From assembly GCF_006345805.1 (NCBI RefSeq), contig NC_043026.1, positions 6,820,001-6,884,000 of the forward strand: a DNA stretch of 64,000 nucleotides, in the 5' to 3' direction. A program made the translations under genes and the position numbers. Position 1 is the stretch's first letter. Every line of letters begins with the position of its first letter. Source of the DNA: Octopus sinensis (Eukaryota). The notes under the pieces were generated by a model that was given only the letters and a program-made list of their open reading frames with translations, had not been told where the DNA came from and made no database searches. Below are positions 11,968 through 25,549 of this stretch, piece by piece.

Positions 11968-14900
11968 CACGAAAGGATGAGTGGAAAAGATATGAAGAGG
12001 ACAAATAGTAAAGAATACACAATCACTTGACATGCAACTAATAAAATATATATATACATATATATATATATTATATATATATATATATAATATATATATA
12101 TATATGTATGTATATTAAAAAAAATAATAAACAAACCAGTACAGATAATTTAGATAAAAGAAACAAAATTGATAATGTTGAAAATGAGAAAAAAAAAAAA
12201 AAACCCATTCCTATACACACAAGTGCGTTTACATACGTAAATATATATACATACATATGTAGATATATGTATGTAGAATTAGTGATCACCTTACAGGGAC
12301 TTACCTGGAGTTCCTTAGTGGAGACAGTCTGTACAGGGAAACAGAAGAGAAATAATGAGAGCGCGAACACAGCAGGTAAAGCTTAGAGGTCAAAGGCTGG
12401 AGGTCAGGGTCAAAGGTTAGAGTTTAGGGTCAAAGGTTAAAGTTCAAGTAGGCATGAAGCAGGATTGAAATTTAGCGCGGCGGACGATTAGCTTTTAACT
12501 GTTAGGAAAGTGTGGCTGTCGGGATGGTGGTCACGGTGGTTATTTAGCCCTGGGTCGTATTTGATACAGTAGACCTATGATGATCAAAAGTGTTCCAGCT
12601 GTGGCCATCCCGTCTTTATTCAGATATAGTATATCTAGGACTACTTTATCTAATGTGTCCTTTGCTGCTGTTGTTAAACCCCGGGTCAGTACTGATACAA
12701 CTGACCTATATAATCAAGGGTGTTCCAGCCATGATCATTGCGTTTTTTTATTCAGGCACAGTATATCTAGGACTACATTATATGATGTATCTTCATTTTT
12801 GTTTAACCCCAGGTTAGGATGAAAAAATGGCGTTCCAACTGGAAAATATGTTAACAATGGGCAAAACAGTCCAAATTCTTAAACTTAAAATGAAAACCTT
12901 TAAAGGTAATGGAAACAATAGGAATCTTCTTACATTCCGGACATGGCTCTCACTATCAACCAGCTGAAGTAAAGTTGGTACAAAACAGGCCCCTCACTGC
13001 TGTCAACCACAAAAGCCAAGTGTTTTTAGTGAAGACAGAGAGATTAGTGAGACAGATTAGCAAGTGGGATTAGGAAGAGAGTGATTAAGGACACAGATAT
13101 TAGCAGGAAAGAGAGGAGGAGAGATTAGCAAGAGAGAAAGCGGGAGAATTTGAGAGACAGAGCAAGAAAGAAAGAGATTAGTGTGAGAGAGAGATTAGCA
13201 AGAGAGCGAGAGGAAGAGAGATTAGTGAGTGAAAAGGAAAGGGATTAGTGAAAGAGAGATTAGCAAGAGAGATTAAAGACAAAGCATAGATTGTAAGAAA
13301 TAGCCAAAGCAGATAAAGCCGACCAGCTGGAGCAAATAGCCGATCAGAGGAGAGTAAGCTGATGATAAGTGGATGAGTGGACGATGATATACACAAGACA
13401 ATATGTACATACAGAGACAGGACAAACAGACAGACACAATATATATATATACCATAAATCCTCGAGTACAGTCCACTCATGAGTATAATACACAGGGGAT
13501 TTTTAGGGGGCTGTACTTCTGAAAAACCTAAACCTGGTGTATAATACGCACCCCTTCTCTAACTTGAGTCGTGTGTAATTAAGCCAGCAGCACCTAGTCA
13601 AGAAACACTTCAGTGCATGCGTAATACAAAATAATGGTGATGTTCTTAACTGTTATATGGGAATGTAAATATGTTTGCTAATTGTTTCTGTTACATGTTA
13701 TTCTGTGTTCTGAATACTTTTATTTTAATAAATGTTGCTTACTGCAAGTTATGGATGATTCTTTTATGAATTCATTGCTTTCAGGCTTAGCTGAAGGTAT
13801 TTTCGCACCCAACATCACAAAATGCGTCTGAATAAACATTGCTGGACAGCAAATAGAGACTCAGACATTGCTGAGAAAATATTTTTCATTTTTAACCTCG
13901 TGTATAATACGCACTAGGGATTTTGACCTTTAAATTTTGGGGAAAAAATGTGGATTATACTCAAGGATTCATGGTATATATATACATAGATGACATTTTT
14001 ATATATATAACATAAATATGTATATAAATAAAGTATATAAACCCTTGATATCTGCATGACTGACTCCAGACACTCGTAGTACGAGTGGTCGCTGACTGGT
14101 TCGTTGGGAACTTCGAGCAGGCTACGCATCATCTGGATTTGCCGCAAAGCATTATCGCATTCCTTTTGTCCTGGTGCTGATACGGTACAAATGTTTATGA
14201 GTTGGTTAATGCTGTCAGTTACTGCCCTGGCAGCTTGTGCAAGTAGGTTCTTCGCGTTTGGCGCGTTGGGGTCTGCTGACACAGACTTAGCCACGACAAG
14301 TAACTTGCTGGACACTGTGGACACACTTTTCAGTCCTCCGATTATCTGCATTTGGGTGTCACTGTCCTTCGTGACGCCAGCCATAACTAGACCGCTGTCC
14401 ACAAAGTCCTTGTAGGCGTGTCCATAACGGTTGGACGAGGAGGCAAGCTGCTGTGGAGTGCCGCGCGACGTGGTCACTATGTCGCTGGCTGCTTGGTTCA
14501 AATTCACGGCCGCTTGGTTCATTTCGCCCTGGGCCTCCTGGTATGATCTGTTGGTCTCTGGGATCTGAAGAAGAACGGACAAAACGTAGATGGTTAGAGG
14601 GATGGGAAACAGTAACACAATTAGGAATTTTGAAAGAAGTTTCTCTAAAACTGGTTTTTAAACATCAAATGGGTATTAGGCTCCACCAGATTGAAATAGT
14701 AATCAAAGGGTTCCATGGATAAGAAAGGGTTGAGGACCCCTGTTTTAGATGTATTGGTATGTATTGCAAGAAACAGCTGGGTTTCTTTCTCCAACATTTT
14801 ACATAATTCAACTTGCACGAGTAGATGTGGGAAAAAAAAAAATAGGGATTTCGAAAGAAGTTTCTATAAAACTAGTTTTTAAACATGATATGGCTTTGGG

Positions 14901-17900
14901 GGTCCACCAGGAAAAAATAATAATCAAAGGGTCCGTTGATAAAAAAAATGGTTGAGAACCATGTTTTGCATAGTTCAACCTACAGGGGTTAATGTGTGAA
15001 GGGCAAAACAGGAATTTTAAAGGAAGAATCTATAAAACCAGTTAGGGGGTCCACCAGATTGAAATAGAAATCAAAGGGTTCCATGGATAAGAAAGGGTTG
15101 AGGATCCCTGTTTTAGATGTATGTATTGGTATGTATGGCAAGAAACAGCTGGGTTTCTTTCTTGAACATTTTACAGAGTTCAATCTACACAAGTAAATGT
15201 GACTGGTTTTTAGTCATCGAATGGCTTTAGGGTCCACCAGAATAAAACTGTAACCAAAGGGACCCCATAGATAAAATCTGGTTGAGAAACCCTTAGATAT
15301 CGTATGTTAGGTCAATGAAAGTTATGACCGGTAAAAACCTTGTAAGACGCATCTAATAAAAGCATCTATTAGTTGAAGAAAAAGAAGGTGGTGATGGTGA
15401 TGGTGGTGTAGACAACTGACCTGTGAGGTTGAAAGAGCCTGGCTGGACTCTGTGATGCCTCGGATGGCATTATCAACATCTCTTTGACCAGGCAAACAGT
15501 TCAGGCAGTTGTTTAAGGCGTTGGACACACTTTTGGCTACCTGCAATGACAAACAGACAGACAGATGTTTAGAGAGAGAGAGAGACAAGAGAGAGATAAG
15601 CGAGAGGGAGAGACAGGAGAGGGGGAGAGAAAGGAGAGAGGAAGAGACGGGAGAGAGGAAGAGACGGGAGAGAGGAAGATAAAGGAGAGAGGAAGATAAA
15701 GGAGAGAGGAAGAGAAAGGAGAGAGGAAGAGAAAGGAGAGAGGAAGAGACAGGAGAGAGGAAGAGACAGGAGAGAGGAAGAGACAGGAGAGAGGAAGAGA
15801 CAGGAGAGAGGAAGAGACAGGAGAGAGGAAGAGACGGGAGAGAGGAAGAGACGGGAGAGAGGAAGAGACGGGAGAGAGGAAGAGACGGGAGAGAGGAAGA
15901 GACGGGAGAGAGGAAGAGACGGGAGAGAGGAAGAGACGGGAGAGAGGAAGATAAAGGAGAGAGAGGAAGATAAAGGAGAGAGGAAGATAAAGGAGAGAGG
16001 AAGATAAAGGAGAGAGGAAGATAAAGGAGAGATGAAGAGAAAGGAGAGAGGAAGAGAAAGGAGAGAGGAAGAGAAAGGAGAGAGGAAGAGACAGGAGAGA
16101 AGAAGAGACAGGAGAGAGGACGAGACACAAGAGAGAGTGATAGGAAAGAGAGAGAGACAAGGAGAGGGAGACAAGAAAGGGAGAGAAAAATGGGAGACAG
16201 GAGGGAGAGAGAGAGACAGGAGGGAAAGAGAGAGAGACAGGAGGGAAAGAGAGAGAGACAGGAGGGAGAGAGAGAGAAAGTGAGAGCAAGAGAAAGGAGA
16301 GAGAGCGAGAGAAAAGGGTTTGAAGTGTTACTTGAGCCAATCTCTGTTGCGTTTCTGGGTTCTTTGGAGTGTTGACAGCCTGTTTGGCTTCGTCCAATAA
16401 CAGTTTGGACTTCTCAATGATGTCACGAGCATTGTTGATGATTAGCTCTTGTAAGGCCTTCTCTTCTGTTGTGGCCGCAACGGCACGAACTGCAGAAGCA
16501 AACTTCCGCAAGGCGTTGGCGGTGTCACGAGCTGCCAAACTGGTGTGGTTTTCGTTACCCTGTTCACAAAAACACACAAAACCGAAGCATTAGAAAGTTG
16601 CATTTAAAAAAAAAGATTGCAAAAAAAATTTTTTAAATCACAACAGAAGACATTCATGCAAAATTTTTTAAATCACAACAGAAGACATTAGATCGACTCC
16701 AGTATGCAACTGGTACTTAATTTATCTATCGACCCCTAAACGATGAAAGGCAAAGTTGACCTCAGCGGAATTTCACCAAGCATTTCGCCCCGCATGCTAA
16801 CGTTTCTGTCAACTTGCTGCCTTCATAAGCTAGGAATATTGGCAGGAGAATGTCCTTGGCTGTTTAGGTTTTGCTTAGTGCACATTCTTGTTTGATTCAC
16901 TGTACCTTCTCTTGAAGGTTCCACTGTGTTTTGAACACACACACACACAAAAAGATAGGTTTATCAAAAAAATTTCTCAAAAATTCACAATTAAAATTCA
17001 CAGTCTAAATTTCTTAATTATTTCACATATTTAGAATTCTTGAATAAAAAGAAGAGAATGTTATCTTACCTGTACAGTGGCAGTCAAGAGCTGGGCCATA
17101 GAAGAGCCAACTGTTTTTGATGTGGAGCCAAGGAGAGACACTGCAGACTCCGCCTGAAGGAATACACGAAAGACAAAAAAATGGATTACTTAAGAAAAAC
17201 AATTTCTTCTAACACACTTGAGCTGGGTGGCAGGGTTAAAACTATACACAGGGTAACAAGGATATCAATTATTTTAAGAATCTTCTTGTACTAAATGCCA
17301 AAAGTTCAAATCGTCAGCTGAAAGCATATTAATGCCATCTCCACCCACATTTTGCATTGATCGCTCTCCTCACCAACCAAATTATCTCTTGCTCAACTTC
17401 ATTTTTTTTTCATTTATCTATGCATTACACCTGCCTCCTACATCCTCATCTTTGCAACCTACTCAAGGACACCACCACCTGCTGCTCCCTGTCATCCCTC
17501 CCCAGTTTACCATACTGCTATTATGATTCTGCTGCTTTTTATTCCACTCTTTATTCGTGCTGACAGTCATCTCCTACTCTCCCCTAGCTTCCAACCAACT
17601 TGTAAGTATCACAGATCATGCCATCAACACCCCTTATCCAGTGGTAGCATCTACCCCTCAGCCAAACGTAACCTCTACAGTTGTCACCTACTTTCCACCA
17701 TCTTCCCAAGTTATCATTCCCTAACACCTCTCTGTTAAATTCACAAAACCCTCACCCATTCCCATCCTCTACCCACCCATTCCCAACCGCTACCCATCCA
17801 CACTTCTCCTGTCTCAACTCAATTCTACTCACCCCCTACATTGTGAGTATGCCCTACTTTTATCTTTTCCCAGCTCCATCGGGCCTCTCCCATTTTCTCA

Positions 17901-19175
17901 AAGGCTCCAACAGCAATAAATTCGTTCTGACCCCTTTTCTCACACTCTAACCCAGACCTGGCCAACTCGAATTACACTGTGGCCCACTTTAATCACAGAA
18001 AGTTTTTTGAGGGCCAATTGGCATTAATTAACATTTCAGCCCCTCAACACCTAACATACAAAGCATCTCCTTAATCTCGTTTAGTCCGAGGAGGCCCTCT
18101 GTAGTCATGGAAACCATTTTAAAAATGGTATTGTGGGGTGGGTGTATGAGAGCAGATCTGGCCAGTTTGGACCTAAAACAGGTAGGATATTGGGGTTGGG
18201 ATACGGCCCCTTTAAATCTAAGGGGTTAATAAGGGCAAAGTCGGGGAGAAAATACATAGAATTATATATATATATGTTTGTGTATATCTGTATGTGTGTA
18301 TATATATATATATACAGGAGTGGCTGTGTGGTAAGTAGCTTGCTAACCAACCACATGGTTCCGGGTTCAGTCCCACTGCGTGGCATCTTGAGCAAGTGTC
18401 TTCTGCTATAGCCCCGGGCCGACCAATGCCTTGTGAGTGGATTTGGTAGACGGAAACTGAAAGAAGCCTGTCGTATATATGTATATATATATAAGTGTGT
18501 GTGTATATGTTTGTGTGTCTGTGTTTGTCACCTTAGCATTGCTTGACAGCTGATGCTGGTGTGTTTACGTCCCCGTCACTTAGAGGTTCAGCAAAAGAGA
18601 CCGATAGAATAAGTACTGGGCTTACAAACGAATAAGTCCCGGGGTCGATTTGCTCGACTAAAGGCGGTGCTCCAGCATGGCCGCAGTCAAATGACTGAAA
18701 CAAGTAAAAGAGTAAAAGAGTAAAAGAGAATGTTGAAAGCGAAAGAGAAAAGAGTAACTTACCGTTTCTCCTGGTAATGGAACTAATTTGCCATTCCTTG
18801 CTGTGTTGAGAATATCTTCAAGTTCAAGGTCAATGTGACTTAGTTCTTCAATAGCACTGTCGAGTTCGAGGTATCGGCACATATCGGTGGCCTAGGGGAG
18901 GGGGGAGGGGAGAAAAACAAACAGAAAAAAAAGACAGTGAAAAGGGGGGGAATTTCAATGGAGATGTGAGCATTCGGATATAGACGCAGACATGTAAAGA
19001 CATACATATGTAAATACATATACATACACACATATATATATATATATACAGACATGCACACACACACATATATACAGATATATACACACACACACACAGA
19101 TATATACACACACACACACAGATATATACACACACACACAGATATATACACACACACACACATATATACACACAC

Positions 19176-19207
<32 letters not shown>

Positions 19208-19788
19208 GATATATCACACACACACACACACACACACATATATACACACACACACACACATATATATACACACAACACACACACATATATACACACACAC
19301 ACACATAATATACACACACACACACACATATATATACACACACACATATATATATACACACACCATATATACACACACACACCATATATACACACACACA
19401 CACATATATACACACACACACACACATATATATACACACACACACACACACACCACACACACATATATATATATACACACACACATATATACATACACAC
19501 ATATATAGATATACACAACATACATATATAGATATACACAACATACATATATAGATATACACAAACATACATATATATATATATAGATATATATACACAC
19601 ACACACATATACACAAATTTTTATACACGAACACATATACACACAAACATATATATAAATATATACACACAAACATATATACAAATACAAACACACAAAC
19701 ATATATACAAATACACACACACAAACATATATACAAATACACACACACACATATATACAAATAGACACACACACACACATACAAATAG

Positions 19789-19819
<31 letters not shown>

Positions 19820-19925
19820 ATATATATACACAAATATAACTATACACAAACACACACACACACACAGATATACATATATATATACACACACACACACAAT
19901 TATATATATATATATATATACATAC

Positions 19926-19959
<34 letters not shown>

Positions 19960-20567
19960 TTCTAGCTATTGAACACATGCACACAACAAGAGAAAGAGAG
20001 ACTCACCTTTCCTGTACAAGATCGAAGTTCAGCAAGAGCTGAAGAGAGAGATTTGACACCGTTTGTGAGATTGAGGGCCGCCGAGGGATCTGTGACCGTT
20101 GGGAGTGCAGCGTTACTGGCATCTATCAATTTAGCACAGGGCTGTTGAGGGGAGACAAAAAAGGAAGAGGAAACAGGTGAAGGGGTCAATGGTTGGCACA
20201 TGTAGTTGGAACAGCAATGGATTTGAAACATGGTAAGGCAGAACATTGACAAAGACTGGCGGAGGTTCTCAGAGGCTGTGTGTACCTCAGACGATGAAAG
20301 ACATCTGCAACCCCTGCCAGCATGGAAGGAAGAAAGGGAAAAGAAACTGCTAAGAACTGAAGACGACAGAAAAAGAGAAAAAAAAGAGGAAAAGTTGAAT
20401 ATAGGCGCAGGAGTGGCTGTGTGGTAAGTAGCTTGTTTACCAACCACATGGTTCAGGTTCAGTCCCACTGCATGGAACTTTGGGCAAGTGTCTTCTGCTA
20501 TAGCCCTGGGCCGACCAATGCCTTGTGAGTGGATTTGGTAGACGGAAACTGAAAGAAGCCTGTCGTG

Positions 20568-20613
<46 letters not shown>

Positions 20614-21701
20614 TCCTCCTAGCATTGCTTGACAACCAATGCTGGTGTGTTTACGTCACCGTCACTTAGCGGTTTGGCAAAAGAGATCGATAGAATAAGT
20701 ACTGGGCTTACAAAGAATAAGTCTCGGAGCTGATTTGCTCCACTAAAGGCAGTGCTCCAGCATGGCTGCAGTTAAATGACTGAAACAAGTAAAAGAGTAA
20801 AGAGAAAGAGCATAGAAATTAAAAATTGATTGGATCATCCCCAGTATGCAACTGGTAGTTAATTTATCGACCCCGAAAGGTCAAAAGAAAAATTCGACCT
20901 TAGTGGAATTTGAACTCAGAACATAAAGACAGATGAAATATTGCTAAGCATTTCGCCCGGCGTGCTAACGTTTCTGCCAGCTCGCTGCCTTACACACATA
21001 TATATATAATGGTAATACAGCAGGAGAAAAAGGAAAAAAATTTAATTCTAGATGTTTACAGCTGTTTCATAATTTACTTTCAGTTACAGCATCCTAAATT
21101 TAAATGAGAGCCAGATTCCTAGCTGGAGAACTTACCAAGACTTCTGTTTGATTTTCTGAATCCCTTTTTCTATTCTGTGTGTGTGTGTGTGTGTAGTTCT
21201 GGTCAAAAGTTTGGAACTTATTTTTGGATATGTGACGTGCTAGCTTCTATTTATTAAAAGCAAGCAATTTGGTCTAGAACTAGATTTTTGATTTTGCCTA
21301 TTTTTTTCAAGATATTGAAACATTGGGTCAGTAATTAAGTAAGTATATCTCTATGTTGTGTGTATTTGAATCAAATTGTACTTGGGCAGAACAATTTCAA
21401 TTTTCAAAAAATGTTAAAGTCTTTAGGTCACAACTGTGTGTGTGTAAATATATATATGCCGGTGGCACGTAAAAACACCATCCGTTCGTGGCCGTTTGCC
21501 AGCTCTGTCTGGCACCTGTGCAGGTGGCATGTAAAAAGCACCCACTACACTCATGGAGTAGTTAGTGTTAGGAAGGGCATCCAGCCGTAGAAACACTGCC
21601 AAATCTGACTGGGCCTGATGAAGCCTTCCGGCTTCACAGACCCCAGTTAAACCGTCCAACCCATGCTAGCATGGAAAACGGATGCTAAATGATGATGATG
21701 A

Positions 21702-21735
<34 letters not shown>

Positions 21736-23700
21736 ACACGTATACATATTAATCCTTTTATATATATCTAACATAGAAGACAGAAAAGATTGTTGATGAG
21801 AATCAAGTTATATCTGCCATCGACCAAATAACTAAAAGCTAACCACTACACCAAGGTGACAACACAGCTTCAACCATCCAAATTAGAAGCTTTAACCCAA
21901 GATGTTGTGTGTGTGTTGAGAGAGAGAGAATACATACAGAAAGTTAAGATGTGCTAGATAAGTAGATAGACACAGAAATAATGGGGGGGGAGAGAGAGGT
22001 GTAAATCTATGAAAATTCCTCAAAGACAATTATGTTACCTGTATGAAATTCTGACAGGCATTGATTAGGTTTAACTGACTGGCAGGATTTTCAGGGTTTT
22101 GTGTTGTGGCTTTCACGCCTTGCACAATAGAAGACATTTGGTCTGATACAGCCTGGAAAAGAAAGAGATACCAGTAATTAGCATGGGAGTGGAAGGTAGG
22201 AATTTAATGAAAGGGGAGGGGGAGGGGGTGAGATTCTTGGGAGTGGGGGTGGTGTTGAGGCTGGTTGGGGATGGTGTGAGGTTGATGGTGGGTGGTATGA
22301 GGTTGGGGGGTGAGATCGTGTGGTAAGATTGAAGATTGGTGGGAGTGGGGTTAAGTCAGGGGTTGGAACAGGAGATGGTTGGGGGTGGGCGAGGGATAAT
22401 GTTGTAGGTGGGGTAAGGATGGGGGAGGTGTTGGTGAGAATGAGGTAAGGCAAATGGGTAAGATTGGTGGGATTGGGGCATGGTTGGGGGTGGTATTGAA
22501 ATGCGATTGGGGGTGGGCATCAAGATTAGCTTGAGGTAAGACAAGATTAGAGTTATGATGTATTAAGGTGAGATTATGGTGGTATCGAGGCTAAATTTAT
22601 GGTACTGAGGTGGAATCAGAAATGGCAATGCATTACAAGAACTTCTGAACCCCAAATAAATGCCTCTGTCCCACCCACACATTTATACAATTAGAACAAA
22701 AAAAAATAATTGCATTAATTAATCAATTAATTGGCTACAAAAGAAGACGAGAATAAAGACAGGTGACGTTACCTTGCATTCAAAGTGCAGATGCTGCTGA
22801 GATACAGAATTGGAGTTTGATTTGCCAGCTGTATTTGCTGCACTAATCAGGTGCACAGATGCGGCCGCAGTTTGCTTGGCTGCGTTCTGGGAAGAAGAAG
22901 AAGAGAGAGAAATGAGTTGGATATGGATTGAGTTGAAATAAACAGAAATTGATATCTTTATATATAAAACTGTGTGTGAGAGTCTGTCTACTCTGATTTA
23001 GATTCCTTACTCCCACATTTTGCGGTGCAGTTTAACCAAAAGCGGGTATCTTATAGCCGTGATTCATATCAAGCCCTTCTGGGTATTAGCGCGCGTCTAC
23101 GATGAGTCTACGATTTAAAAAAAATTTACCATAAATTTTTCCCATTTTTAATGCATTTTTGGCATAAGGGAAGTAACTCTCTAAAAATGTATTATTAAAT
23201 CTCAGAACGTAAAAAGCTACAGTAACACCCCCCCTTTGTGGTTAGCCATATTGAGATGGCTATTATACTTTACATCTCTAAAAATGCTTATATAGTTATT
23301 TCCCTTACAAACCCGAGCAACACCGGGCGATACTGCTAGTCTTTATATATAAAACTGTAGTTGTGTGAGTGTCTGTCTCCTACGATTTAGATTCCTAACT
23401 ACTCCCACATTTTGCAGTGCAGTTTAACCAAAACCGGGTATCTTATAGTCGTGATTCATATCGAGCCCTTCTGGGTATTAGCGCACATCTATGATGAGTC
23501 TACGATTTAAAAAAAAAATTACCATCATCTTTTTCCGTTTTTAATGCATTTTTTTGCTATTATATAAGGGAAGTAACTCTCTAAAAATGCTTATATAGTT
23601 ATTTCCCTTACAAACCTGAGCAACGCCGGGCGATACTGCTAGTTTATATATATCAGCACACATAATCATAATACATATACACACACATGTACACAAATAG

Positions 23701-23745
<45 letters not shown>

Positions 23746-25515
23746 CATATAGGAGCACGCTGGAACTCACATTTATGGATATCTTGGAGATACAATGGGC
23801 TAACATAAGTCAATGTTTACAAATACAGTGGGTTGATATCTAGGGGTACACTAAGTTAACATTTAAAGGTACACTGGGCTAACATAAGGATTTATTGAGG
23901 TAACATTTGGGTTTGGTAGACTAACAATGGGCTAAAATCTGGGGGACACAATGGGCTAACATCAAGGTAAATAGTGGGCTAACACCTGGGGGTTACAATG
24001 GGCTAACTTCAAAGAAAATACTGGGCTAATACCTAGAAATGCAATAGGTTAATGTTTACAAATACAGTGGGTTAACATCTAGGGGCACACTAGATTAACA
24101 TTTGGAGGTACACTGGGCTAACATCAAGGGGATACACTAGGGTAACATTTAGTGATACACTGGCATAATATCTAGAGATGTACTGGGCTAACACCTAGAA
24201 ATATAACTGGGGTAATGTTTTGAGATATAATCAGGGCTAACACAGGAAAGAAGGTTAATTTTATTTACTTCTAATCTGTTGATGAGTTTTTTCTTCAGGG
24301 CGTTGCTGGCAGCAGCATTGGTGGCTGAGCGAAGTTCTTCAGCTGCAATACGAAGGTTACCTTGCTGGCTGGAATCGTTCGGATTGGAGGCACATCCCTG
24401 AAGAAGAAGAAGATGGGAAGAAAACAGTTAAAAATCAGTTCAATTAAAGACAAACGGAGATTGACATCACATCAATCATGCACATGCGTATGAACGTATG
24501 TATGTGTGCATACGCGTGTTATGGAGTGGCTGTGTGGTAAGTAGCTTACTAACCAACCACATGGTTCCGGGTTCAGTCCCACTGCGTGGCATCTTGGGCA
24601 AGTGTCTTCTGCTATAGCCCCGGGCCAACCAATGCCTTGTGAGTGGATTTGGTAGACGGAAACTGAAAGAAGCCCGTCGCATATATGTATATATATATAT
24701 ATTGTGTGTGTGTGTGTGTGTTTATCGCCCTAGCATTGCTTGACAACCGATGCTGGTGTGTTTATGTCCCCGTCACTTAGCAGTTCAGCAAAAGAGACCG
24801 ATAGAATAAGTACTGGGCTTACAAAAAGAATAAGTCCCGGGGTCAAGTTGCTCGATTAAAGGCGGTGCTCCAGCATGGCCGCAGTCAAATGACTGAAAAG
24901 AGTAAAAGAGTATATACAAGCTAATTCAAAATGAATGGCACAATGCTGTTCGTTTGGTGGTGGTGGTGGTGGTCACGGATGGAAGAAGATGTACTCAACT
25001 TCATTAGGCAGTAAGACAGAGCCCTGCCACATTGGCATCACATACGTACACCATCACCTCAACCAGCCTCTTGTAAAACCAAAACAACACAAATTATAGG
25101 AAATGATACAAGTTTGTACTTTCACTTTCTGTTTCAGTATTTCAAGGATGGGACCCTTTCTTTATATTCAAAAATACAAACGAGGAGACCCTGCGTTCCC
25201 TTTTTGATAGAATGACAATAACAATAGCTTACTTTTGCAGCCTCCACCATTTTGGCTGTGGCATCTGCTAGTTGCTTAGCGGCAGCCAACAGTCTTTTCT
25301 GGATGTCCGTGTCTTGGTAGGACTCCGCTTGGGATCGAATGGCACAGACCAGTTGCGAAGTTGCCTGAAAGAGAAAGAGAAAGAAATTGAAACATAAGGA
25401 AAAATTTAGCAAAATAACTCATTATTAAGTTTGATGTTTGGAATGTAAATTAACGAGGAATTTTAATGGAAGAAGGTTTTAATACAGATCACTTTAAAAC
25501 GAAGTTTGTATTGCG

Positions 25516-25549
<34 letters not shown>

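Noticed and set aside
15322-16577. Long ORFs of 268, 346 and 201 aa
   Set aside because: They are read-through of real talin exons into a 17-bp minisatellite; only 16332-16559 and 15421-15540 are coding.
21610-21640. CTGATGA followed by a hairpin
   Set aside because: It is a point variant of retroposon family B (ctggtgcagcc) with no GAAA.
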